DNA of 64,000 nt from Candidatus Saccharimonadales bacterium (GTDB lineage: Bacteria > Patescibacteriota > Saccharimonadia > Saccharimonadales > JAXHNE01), in NCBI GenBank assembly GCA_038316995.1, contig JBBQAZ010000001.1, forward strand, positions 1,281 to 65,280, read 5' to 3'. A model generated the notes under the pieces. It was not told where the DNA came from. It saw nothing but the letters and a program-made list of their open reading frames with translations, and made no database searches. A program made the position numbers and the translations under genes. The first letter of the stretch is position 1. The number at the start of each line of letters is the position of its first letter. Positions 38,100 through 45,350 of the stretch are shown here, piece by piece.

Positions 38100-38608
38100 T
38101 GAGCTGGTTCGCGGCGTTTTTATTTTTCCTGCCAGCCGGTATCGCCAACACTACTCCGGTATTTGTTAACAAAATACCTACACTAAACAGATGGAAGACA
38201 CCGCTTGATTTTGGAAAGTCTTGGAAAGGTGTTCGAATTTTTGGGGAAAATAAAACATGGCGAGGGCTTGTTTGCGGAATGCTCGTTGCGGCTATTACTG
38301 GTTGGATTATAGGACAAACTGCATCATCAGTTATTATGTCTCCGCTAATTGGAGCTGCGCTTGGTGCCGGCGCTTTGATAGGCGATGCGCTTGAAAGCTT
38401 CTTAAAAAGGCGACACGGCATAGATTCTGGAAAAAAATGGTTCCCTTTTGATCAAACAGATTACATTATCGGAGGATTACTGTTTGTTTTGCCACTTACA
38501 AGTCTAACTCTCCAGTTAGTTCTGCGCATTTTTATACTATATTTTGGACTGCACTTGCTGGTTGCTTTTCTTGCTTTCAAAGTTGGTTTAAAAGACTCCC
38601 CTATTTAA
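38099..38608 (+). CDS. carS: CDP-archaeol synthase (CarS/DUF46) homolog
   Basis: PLDFGKSWKGVRIFGENKTWRGLVCG and GALIGDALESFLKRRHGI align by eye with archaeal CarS (PIDFGK...LGDGKTWRGF, GDLCGSFIKRRFG). 169 aa with about 5 TM helices. Confidence 0.8.
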   Translation: MSWFAAFLFFLPAGIANTTPVFVNKIPTLNRWKTPLDFGKSWKGVRIFGENKTWRGLVCGMLVAAITGWIIGQTASSVIMSPLIGAALGAGALIGDALESFLKRRHGIDSGKKWFPFDQTDYIIGGLLFVLPLTSLTLQLVLRIFILYFGLHLLVAFLAFKVGLKDSPI

Positions 38609-38629
38609 TCACGTCAAGATTTGGCAGTA

Positions 38630-39340
38630 TTACTTTGCCCTAACAAATGCTTCTATTTTCTGCATCTGTTTTAGCTTTTCCTCGCCCAAGGCAAATAGTC
38701 TCTCTGTTTGGGAGGGCATTACTTTTAGCGCCTGACACTTTTTTTCTAACGTCTCTTCGTCTAATGTAATACATAAATCGCAGGATGAAACTGGAACAAT
38801 CGGCGGTGAATCAATGTTAAAAAACATATTGAATTTAGCATCAGCTTCTTTGTTGGCTTCGAATTCTTCTGGAGTCATTACTACGTGATACACCTTGATT
38901 CCTCGGGCTTGGCCAATTTTAGTTGCCCATTTTGAAACTGCCTTATGATCTGGGTGGCCTGTCATCCCATCTGGACCAAAGGTAATAATACTGTCTGGAT
39001 TACATTCGTCAATACATTGCTCTATCATCTTGAATCCCTGCTTGTCAGGAACTGCCGTGAGTCCTCCGTCCGGATAATCAAACCAGCAATGTCTTAAAAC
39101 GCCTAGCTTTTCATATGCAGCCTCGAGTTCATTAGAGCGTATCTTGCCAAGTCTTGCAGCCGGCCATCTAGCTTCGTCTTGAACTCCTGCTTCCCCGCGG
39201 GTGGCTGTCATACACATAACCTGTTGACCATTTGCAGCGGCCAGCGCCATGACACCTCCACAAGTAAAAACTTCGTCGTCTGGATGAGCCCAAACACCCA
39301 ATATAGTCCCAAGTTTTTGAACGTGCGAAGCAACGTCCAT
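38630..39340 (-). CDS. PIG-L/LmbE-family deacetylase
   Basis: Motif ILGVWAHPDDEVF. Confidence 0.8.
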   Translation of the reverse strand: MDVASHVQKLGTILGVWAHPDDEVFTCGGVMALAAANGQQVMCMTATRGEAGVQDEARWPAARLGKIRSNELEAAYEKLGVLRHCWFDYPDGGLTAVPDKQGFKMIEQCIDECNPDSIITFGPDGMTGHPDHKAVSKWATKIGQARGIKVYHVVMTPEEFEANKEADAKFNMFFNIDSPPIVPVSSCDLCITLDEETLEKKCQALKVMPSQTERLFALGEEKLKQMQKIEAFVRAK

Positions 39341-39346
39341 GATTTC

Positions 39347-40381
39347 CTACTTACCGAGCTCTTGTTTAAATTTCTCTATTAATCCAACTGGGGATGGGTC
39401 CAATCCGTTTAGCAGTGCTACGTAAATACTCACGAAATCGCCAAAAGCCACAGCCCAAAGTAATTGTTGCAGAATTGTCTCTCCTTGCACATTCACAATC
39501 TCAGGTGCTGGTCGTTTACCCGAAAGAAGTCTCTCGGTCACTTCAAAGCGTTTTTGAATACGCTCGTGTTCTAAATTACTCCGAAGATCAATTATTTTGT
39601 ACGGCTTTTCTACTGGATGCGACGTCCAACCCATAAACTCATTGTGGTTAAATTCGGGGTACTGGTTACACCATGCGACGTTTTTAGCGTTCTCGTTAAA
39701 GCTAATTTTCCACTTGTAGGCCGCTGGGAAAAGTTTTGGCCCAGCATAAATTACTGGTGAAGCACCTGCAAGCTCAATTGCTAGTTGCTTGGCCGGATTT
39801 TTACTCACTGGCGTATCGGCTCCCCAGCTTTGCATAGATTGAGCCAAAAATGTGCTCGCATCTGCCATTTCTTTTTCTGCTGATTCTTTATTTATGAGTT
39901 GCGCGTGCTCTAAAATAGTGACATAAGCTTTTAGGGCATAAAAAACTGCAAACCTAGGCTGCTCAACCTTGGGTATAACTTCATATGGATAGTTTTTTAC
40001 CCGGGCAAGCTCAATCAACTTTCCGCCACCGGCAAGTATGACAATTTGGGCCCCTGTATTTTCTGCTGCCGCAAGTGCTGAAACGGTTTCTTCGGTGTTT
40101 CCAGAATAACTAGAAGCTATAAACAAGGTGTTTTCGTTTACGTAGGCTGGAATTTCATACTCACGAACAATCTCAAATGGCACATGATAATCTGGCCAAG
40201 TAGTGCTGAGTAGTCCAGCAAGCGCTGAACCGCCCATACCTGCCAAAGCGACATTTTTGATTTCTGCGGTTGGTTGCCAATCTAATGAAAACTGATGTGT
40301 TAATTGATCTGCTTGGCGTCCTGCAATACCCAGCGCGTCGCTTCCGTCTTTTTGATGAATATACTTTAAATCGTCAAGCAT
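39347..40381 (-). CDS. bifunctional phosphoglucose/phosphomannose isomerase (SIS domain)
   Basis: Motifs GMGGSALAG and IASSYSGNTEETV. Confidence 0.8.
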   Translation of the reverse strand: MLDDLKYIHQKDGSDALGIAGRQADQLTHQFSLDWQPTAEIKNVALAGMGGSALAGLLSTTWPDYHVPFEIVREYEIPAYVNENTLFIASSYSGNTEETVSALAAAENTGAQIVILAGGGKLIELARVKNYPYEVIPKVEQPRFAVFYALKAYVTILEHAQLINKESAEKEMADASTFLAQSMQSWGADTPVSKNPAKQLAIELAGASPVIYAGPKLFPAAYKWKISFNENAKNVAWCNQYPEFNHNEFMGWTSHPVEKPYKIIDLRSNLEHERIQKRFEVTERLLSGKRPAPEIVNVQGETILQQLLWAVAFGDFVSIYVALLNGLDPSPVGLIEKFKQELGK

Positions 40382-40500
40382 GCAGTCCTCTCTTTAAAAT
40401 GCTTTTGTTTACGTCAGATATTTGCTACTCTTAAACTGTACATCGAATAATCGAAAATGTCAGCTCTAGTAAGAGCTATACAACTAAAAAGGGGTGGGAA

Positions 40501-41091
40501 ATGTTTGGTCATACAAGCCAGAATTCAGATAATCAATCAGAAAATGCGCAAACCTTTGGAGATAATCCAGTTGGACCTGCTCCAACTGCGCCAAGTCTAC
40601 CAACAATGGGGGGACAAGCTTCTCCATTTAGTCCAGCACCTACTCAACCGCAAGCAGCGCCACTGACAGATCCAGTTGTGCAGCCGGATCCACAAGTAGT
40701 ACCTCAATCAGAGGAAGAGCACTTTCCACATAATGAAGACACATCGCATATGATGACAGACCATGGTTCACCAGACCCAATAGACAGTAATCAAGACTTT
40801 GACAGCGATAGCATGAACGACTCTGTATCGAGTCCTACCCTACCATCCGGCGACCTCGTAGATATTAAGCAAAGTGCTTTGCAGCAATTATCTCCACTTG
40901 TTTCACACCTTGATCAGTCCGCAGAAGAAAAATTCCGAACAACTATGATGATGATCCAGGCAACAGACGACCAATCACTCCTAAAGCAAGCTTATGAGTC
41001 CGCACAGAAAATAGAGGACGACAAAGCTCGTGCTCAAGCATTACTAGACGTTATAAACGAAATAAATTACTTCACCCAACAAGGTAAATAA
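40501..41091 (+). CDS. hypothetical low-complexity (Pro/Gln/Asp-rich) protein
   Basis: 196 aa. A GGGGTGGG Shine-Dalgarno lies upstream. Confidence 0.55.
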   Translation: MFGHTSQNSDNQSENAQTFGDNPVGPAPTAPSLPTMGGQASPFSPAPTQPQAAPLTDPVVQPDPQVVPQSEEEHFPHNEDTSHMMTDHGSPDPIDSNQDFDSDSMNDSVSSPTLPSGDLVDIKQSALQQLSPLVSHLDQSAEEKFRTTMMMIQATDDQSLLKQAYESAQKIEDDKARAQALLDVINEINYFTQQGK

Positions 41092-41157
41092 ACTCTCAAA
41101 AACTTAAAAAGCCACCTTTTACAGTGGCTTTTTAAGTGCTCAGACCTTACTTTATCT

Positions 41158-41529
41158 TTACGATTCTTGTGCGAAACGGTAATTTCGTCGATTACTGATG
41201 GCTTCCTGAACTCTTGGAATCACCACACTAGTTTGCTTTTGAGCGATGTTTGAAATAAGTTGGTGTGAACTTTTAATTTCCTGCTCCAGTGAGTGTATTC
41301 TGTTTTCAAGATTTGTAACTTGTGTCTTTTGAATCCTGGCACGATCATCAAGTTGCCGGATGAACTGTTGCTGATTTTGTTGAAGATAGTCATGCATATA
41401 GCTAATCATTCTATCCCTTGCACCATCTGCAGCACGCTGAACGTCTTGCCGAGTGGCAATCTGATCTTGTAGCCGTCTACACGTTTGGTCGAGCATTGTT
41501 TGCATGTCTTGGCGAGAAACTGAACTCAT
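41158..41529 (-). CDS. hypothetical coiled-coil protein
   Basis: 123 aa. Strong AAGGAGGTG Shine-Dalgarno. A TGCTACAAT box lies about 100 nt upstream, near 41633. Confidence 0.6.
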   Translation of the reverse strand: MSSVSRQDMQTMLDQTCRRLQDQIATRQDVQRAADGARDRMISYMHDYLQQNQQQFIRQLDDRARIQKTQVTNLENRIHSLEQEIKSSHQLISNIAQKQTSVVIPRVQEAISNRRNYRFAQES

Positions 41530-41684
41530 ACTACACCTCCTTTTATTATCAAAAAGTTTGTGTTTATGTCTGTTTACTCGACCTCAATGCCTCCGTTTAA
41601 GTTGCTCGCATCTCTCAAATGCTATTACACTTATTGTAGCATGCAAATATACTGCTAATTGTAATTTTCGTTACAAAAATAATG

Positions 41685-42131
41685 CTAACGGAGTTCTTCA
41701 GGACCGCTTGGACCCGTACTTGGGAGTTCGGTCGTAGGACCACTTGAAGGAATGTTCTCGTTGCTAGCTGATTGACTTGCTCCATTAGAGTTTGTGTTGC
41801 TAGATTCTGATTCCACTGGATTATCATTGGAATCACCTGGTAGAGTGCCGTCTATCGTAAGATCATTTAAGAAACTACCGGAGTCATCGTCGGATGAATT
41901 GTCTTGATTTTTATTGTCGTTTTCACCCTGCTGAACTGTTGCTGGCTCGTCACTAAAAATAGTTCGGTATACCCAGCGGCCACCAAAAAACAATCCAAGT
42001 GCCAAAAGTACAGTTATGAATAACGTTGCAATACCAAGTAACCATGCAACACCAACTCGTTGGCGCCTTTCACTGGCATAATATTCATTAATATCGTCGT
42101 TTGCAGATTTTCTTCGATTAAATAGTCCCAT
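41685..42131 (-). CDS. membrane-anchored hypothetical protein
   Basis: 148 aa with one TM helix and an acidic, Ser/Asn-rich tail. Confidence 0.55.
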   Translation of the reverse strand: MGLFNRRKSANDDINEYYASERRQRVGVAWLLGIATLFITVLLALGLFFGGRWVYRTIFSDEPATVQQGENDNKNQDNSSDDDSGSFLNDLTIDGTLPGDSNDNPVESESSNTNSNGASQSASNENIPSSGPTTELPSTGPSGPEELR

Positions 42132-42224
42132 AGATCTCCTTATCTATCGCAGATTATACGATATATTCGCAGATAATACAACACTAGTATCCGCTTAAGC
42201 CTATATAGCTGTCTATTTTAGATC

Positions 42225-42268
42225 AAAAACTCCAGCCGCTCATTGCTGGAGTTTTTAAAGTTTTTTTT
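42225..42268 (-). terminator. rho-independent terminator downstream of groEL
   Basis: AAAAACTCCAGC-8 nt-GCTGGAGTTTTT. A/T runs lie on both sides. Confidence 0.75.
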
Positions 42269-42384
42269 CATTGAACCGAAGTTCTTACGGATTTATTCCG
42301 AAAAAACCGCCATAATTCATGAAGGACCAATTTATGATTTCACTACGTGACGAGGGAGCCTATTCCGATTCTCTCATGAAAGCC

Positions 42385-44037
42385 CTACATCATTGCGCCC
42401 ATGCCACCCATGCCAGGGGCGCCGCCACCAGCTGGAGCTTCTTCTGGAACATCCACCACTAAAGCACCCATGGTCATGCTGGTTCCAGCAATACTGGCTG
42501 CATTTTGAATTGCCTCTTTTGTAACACGCGCTGGGTCAATCACACCAGCAGATTTCATATCTACTAACTTGTTTGGAGAATTTACATCAACGCCCTGCCC
42601 TGGCTTAGCCTGTTTTACGAGCGGTAGCCACTCGTCAGCATTGAGCCCTGCATTTTCCAGTAGTACTCTAAACGGCTGTTCTAGGGCCTTTTTAAGTAGT
42701 CCCCGTCCGGCTGCAACTGCGTCATCATCTGATTTATCGCTAGAAATGCTACTAATCAAATTAATTAGTGTTACGCCTCCACCTGGCACAATTCCTTCGT
42801 CCAAAGCTGCTTTTACTGCTGCAACTGCGTCATCTACGCGAAACTTCTTTTCTTCTATCTCTGTTTCTGTAGCACCGCCAACTTTAATTACGGCAACTTT
42901 GCCTTCAAGCGCTGCACGGCGCTTTTCTAGGTTTTCCTTGTCATATTCGCTGGTTGCGGCCTTAATCTGCTCATTAATTTGTTCAATTCGAGCTTTAACA
43001 TCACTAACACTTCCAGCACCTTCGATAATTGTCGTCTCGTCTTTAGTAACAATCACCTTGCGGGCACTTCCAACTACATCTATTTCTACATTTTCAAAGC
43101 TCATACCTTGGTCTTCGGAAATAACCGTTGCACCAGTCAAAATTGCAATGTCCTGGAGTATTTCCTTGCGGCGATCACCAAATGCCGGGGCCTTCACCGC
43201 CACGGTGTTAAATACACCTTTTAGTCGGTTTAAAATAAGTGTTCCGAGTGCTTCACCTTCAACATCTTCTGCAATCAAAACTAACTCTTTCTTGCCAGTT
43301 TGGGCAAGCTTTTCAAGTAGCGGCAAGAACTCCTGCAAGCTACTAATCTTCATGTCGGTTACGACAATTGCTGGTTTTTCCTGAATTGCTTCCATTCTAG
43401 ACGTGTCGGTCGCCATATATGGGCTTACAAAGCCTCGATCAAAGGTAAAACCTTCAACGACTTCACTCTCTAACTCTAAGCTTTGTCCTTCTTCAACCGT
43501 TACCACTCCATCTTTGCCAACTTGGTCAATTACATCGGCAATCAACGCACCAATTTCTTTGTCGCCTGCAGAAATTGTAGCCACTTCTGCCACTCGCTGC
43601 TTATTGGCTTTAATGTCTTCCGCCATGCCAGTCAGCTTTGTAATAACGTCATGCGCTGCTGATTCCAGGCCTTTGCGTAGCAACATTGGATTATGTCCGG
43701 CTGCTATCAACTTGTTTGCTTCGTTCAATATATTGTAAGTAAGCACCGTTACGGTTGTTGTTCCGTCACCCGCAACGTCGTTCATTTTGCTAGCTGCTTG
43801 CTTGATAAGCTCGGCACCAACTTTGTAGCCCAAAGTTTCATCGTCTACATCTGCTAGTTCTACGCCTTTGGCTACAGTCACACCGTCATGAGTAACTGTT
43901 GGGCCACCGTAACTTTTGCTAATAACCACATTACGACCTTTTGGCCCCATCGTTGTTTTCACTGCGTTATATAAAACTTCTGCTCCGGCCAATACTCGGC
44001 GCCTTGCGTCGTCATCATAAAATACTTTCTTAGCCAT
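42385..44037 (-). CDS. groL: chaperonin GroEL
   Basis: Motif DEGIVPGGGV and C-terminal GGMGGMGAMM. I chose the start at MAKKVFYDD, which follows a GGAGAG Shine-Dalgarno. Confidence 0.95.
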   Translation of the reverse strand: MAKKVFYDDDARRRVLAGAEVLYNAVKTTMGPKGRNVVISKSYGGPTVTHDGVTVAKGVELADVDDETLGYKVGAELIKQAASKMNDVAGDGTTTVTVLTYNILNEANKLIAAGHNPMLLRKGLESAAHDVITKLTGMAEDIKANKQRVAEVATISAGDKEIGALIADVIDQVGKDGVVTVEEGQSLELESEVVEGFTFDRGFVSPYMATDTSRMEAIQEKPAIVVTDMKISSLQEFLPLLEKLAQTGKKELVLIAEDVEGEALGTLILNRLKGVFNTVAVKAPAFGDRRKEILQDIAILTGATVISEDQGMSFENVEIDVVGSARKVIVTKDETTIIEGAGSVSDVKARIEQINEQIKAATSEYDKENLEKRRAALEGKVAVIKVGGATETEIEEKKFRVDDAVAAVKAALDEGIVPGGGVTLINLISSISSDKSDDDAVAAGRGLLKKALEQPFRVLLENAGLNADEWLPLVKQAKPGQGVDVNSPNKLVDMKSAGVIDPARVTKEAIQNAASIAGTSMTMGALVVDVPEEAPAGGGAPGMGGMGAMM

Positions 44038-44120
44038 AATCGTTCTCTCCATTCACTTTAGGTTATAGGTGCTAGGTTTTAGGGTTTTAGTTCTAGTCAC
44101 TAGCCACTAGAACCTGTCCA

Positions 44121-44414
44121 CTATTTCACTACTGCGTAAATGTTTTCTTCTTTAATAAGCATGTAATCATCCCCATCGTGCTTGATGTCAGTATTACTGT
44201 AGCCACCATAAATAATACGGTCGCCCACTTTCACCCCAATCGGAATATGCTCATTGTCGTCACCAACTCTACCTGGTCCTACAGCCACGACTTTGGCTAT
44301 TTTTGGCTTTTCCTGTGATTTTTCTGGAATGTATAGACCGCTTGCAGTTTTGGATGCTGCCTCTTCGGTTTGCGCGACAACGTAGTCGGCTAAGGGCTGA
44401 ATTTTTGAAGCCAT
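44121..44414 (-). CDS. groS: co-chaperonin GroES
   Basis: MASKIQPLADYVV...; 97 aa. AGGAGGAG Shine-Dalgarno upstream. Confidence 0.95.
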   Translation of the reverse strand: MASKIQPLADYVVAQTEEAASKTASGLYIPEKSQEKPKIAKVVAVGPGRVGDDNEHIPIGVKVGDRIIYGGYSNTDIKHDGDDYMLIKEENIYAVVK

Positions 44415-44481
44415 GCTTCTCCTCCTGTTAATAACTTTTTCTAGAACTAGGATCGATGATTCTCGCAAATAACATCGACCA

Positions 44482-44508
44482 CTAGCACTCTATTATCGCG
44501 AGTGCTAA
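44482..44508 (-). promoter_or_regulatory. CIRCE operator (HrcA binding site)
   Basis: CTAGCACTC-N9-GAGTGCTAA against the consensus TTAGCACTC-N9-GAGTGCTAA. Confidence 0.9.
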
Positions 44509-44520
44509 TTCTATTGTCAA
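44492..44520 (-). promoter_or_regulatory. groES promoter TTGACA-17-GATAAT, with the -10 inside the CIRCE spacer
   Basis: The minus strand reads TTGACA atagaattagcactcgc GATAAT. Confidence 0.7.
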
Positions 44521-44606
44521 GTTTTGCTTTTTATCAGATGTAATTAAAGTTATCGAAAGGGTGGAATGGTGAGATTAGGGAGGGGGGTTAGTAGTTAGAA
44601 ATGAGG

Positions 44607-44677
44607 GGGTCTCGGGAGGTGTTCGCCACTTGGGCGACACGCGGCGGCTACTACGCCGGCACACTCTCCCGAGACCC
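44607..44677. repeat. 71-nt GC-rich imperfect palindrome (GGGTCTCGGGAGGTGT ... ACACTCTCCCGAGACCC)
   Basis: The arms are 16-17 nt with one mismatch. The interior holds two smaller GC hairpins. It lies in the 3' region of the 96-aa GC-rich ORF. Confidence 0.7.
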
Positions 44678-44688
44678 TGTCCTCACCT

Positions 44689-44718
44689 GTTACCTGCTTC
44701 CCCCTAGTCGCAGGTAAC
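44689..44718. repeat. hairpin GTTACCTGC-12 nt-GCAGGTAAC
   Basis: Perfect 9-bp stem, 19 nt past the stop of the 96-aa ORF. Confidence 0.6.
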
Positions 44719-44736
44719 GATCATGCAACCTGTTGG

Positions 44737-45027
44737 TCAGGCCGACACACGGAGGCGAACCTCATTGTGGTCGATCATATCGGACAGATCGAGGACGGCG
44801 TCCTGATCAGCAGTTTTAGCACGGCAGTCGTACTTGCACCGACAATCCGATGTGGGCTTAAGTGCCGGAAAATCATCGATTTGATGCGTCAGAGCATCAA
44901 TCTGCTCTTGCAGTTCTGCTTCTCGTCGCCTGCGTTCTGCCAACTTGCGTTGCTTCCTGATTGCTCCGGACATCCCCTTGCGGAATCGCTTGGCACCAAC
45001 AGTCTCTTTTGTACTGACATGTGTCAT
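44737..45027 (-). CDS. GC-rich orphan ORF: basic/coiled-coil N-terminus with a Cys cluster (CRCKYDC)
   Basis: 96 aa with a GGGGAGAA Shine-Dalgarno. Its ATG overlaps the upstream ORF's stop (ATGA). Local GC is 52-65% against a 35-48% background. Confidence 0.5.
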   Translation of the reverse strand: MTHVSTKETVGAKRFRKGMSGAIRKQRKLAERRRREAELQEQIDALTHQIDDFPALKPTSDCRCKYDCRAKTADQDAVLDLSDMIDHNEVRLRVSA

Positions 45028-45326
45028 GATTCTCCCCTAGCAATATATTTCATCGGCGTACCGATATAGCTACCCCCTATGGAAGCAAAAAACGTCCTAA
45101 ACTTACGTTTAAAGGCGCCCATTGCTTCCATAGGATAAACTTCCATAATCTCAACGTACAAGACCTGTTTACTAACAGATCTCAAAAATTGTTTAATGAG
45201 CGTCGGTGCACCAAATACTATAGCGCAGAGCTCTAAATTAAACTTGTAAGCTACTGTACTCTCTCTTTTGTCAAGAATCAAGTCGCTTTGGTTTACAAAA
45301 CCATAAGAATATATTGCAAAATACAC
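45024..45326 (-). CDS. hypothetical protein (low-GC, uncertain)
   Basis: 100-aa ORF translationally coupled (ATGA) to the GC-rich ORF. No motif recognised. Confidence 0.35.
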   Translation of the reverse strand: MYFAIYSYGFVNQSDLILDKRESTVAYKFNLELCAIVFGAPTLIKQFLRSVSKQVLYVEIMEVYPMEAMGAFKRKFRTFFASIGGSYIGTPMKYIARGES

Positions 45327-45342
45327 GTTTTTAGTGTATAAT
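45314..45342 (+). promoter_or_regulatory. promoter TTGCAA-17-TATAAT, 8 nt from ATG 45351 (leaderless)
   Basis: Read directly. No Shine-Dalgarno is present. Confidence 0.55.
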
Positions 45343-45350
45343 CAACGCTG

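Noticed and set aside
38056-38421. 121-aa minus-strand ORF opposite the CarS homolog.
   Set aside because: It is antisense to an ORF with a full-length match to a known membrane-protein family, and its composition is Pro/Ala/Ile-rich shadow-frame sequence.
42569-43384. 271-aa plus-strand ORF, with companions at 42979..43224 and 43403..43738, lying inside groEL.
   Set aside because: It is antisense to an unambiguous groEL gene. The translation is Ser/Ala/Thr-rich low complexity, typical of a shadow frame, and there is no start context. The same reasoning applies to the many 60-170-aa antisense ORFs inside polA, dnaG, valS, argS, the ATPase gene and others.
44556-44740. A known housekeeping RNA (SRP/4.5S, tmRNA, RNase P, 6S) or a retron msr-msd in the GC-rich structured segment.
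   Set aside because: I found none of the conserved motifs: no GGAAGCAGCC-type SRP domain IV, no GAGGAAAGTCC P4 element, and no tRNA-like 3' end with CCA. No reverse transcriptase gene is nearby. This still needs a cmscan to be definitive.
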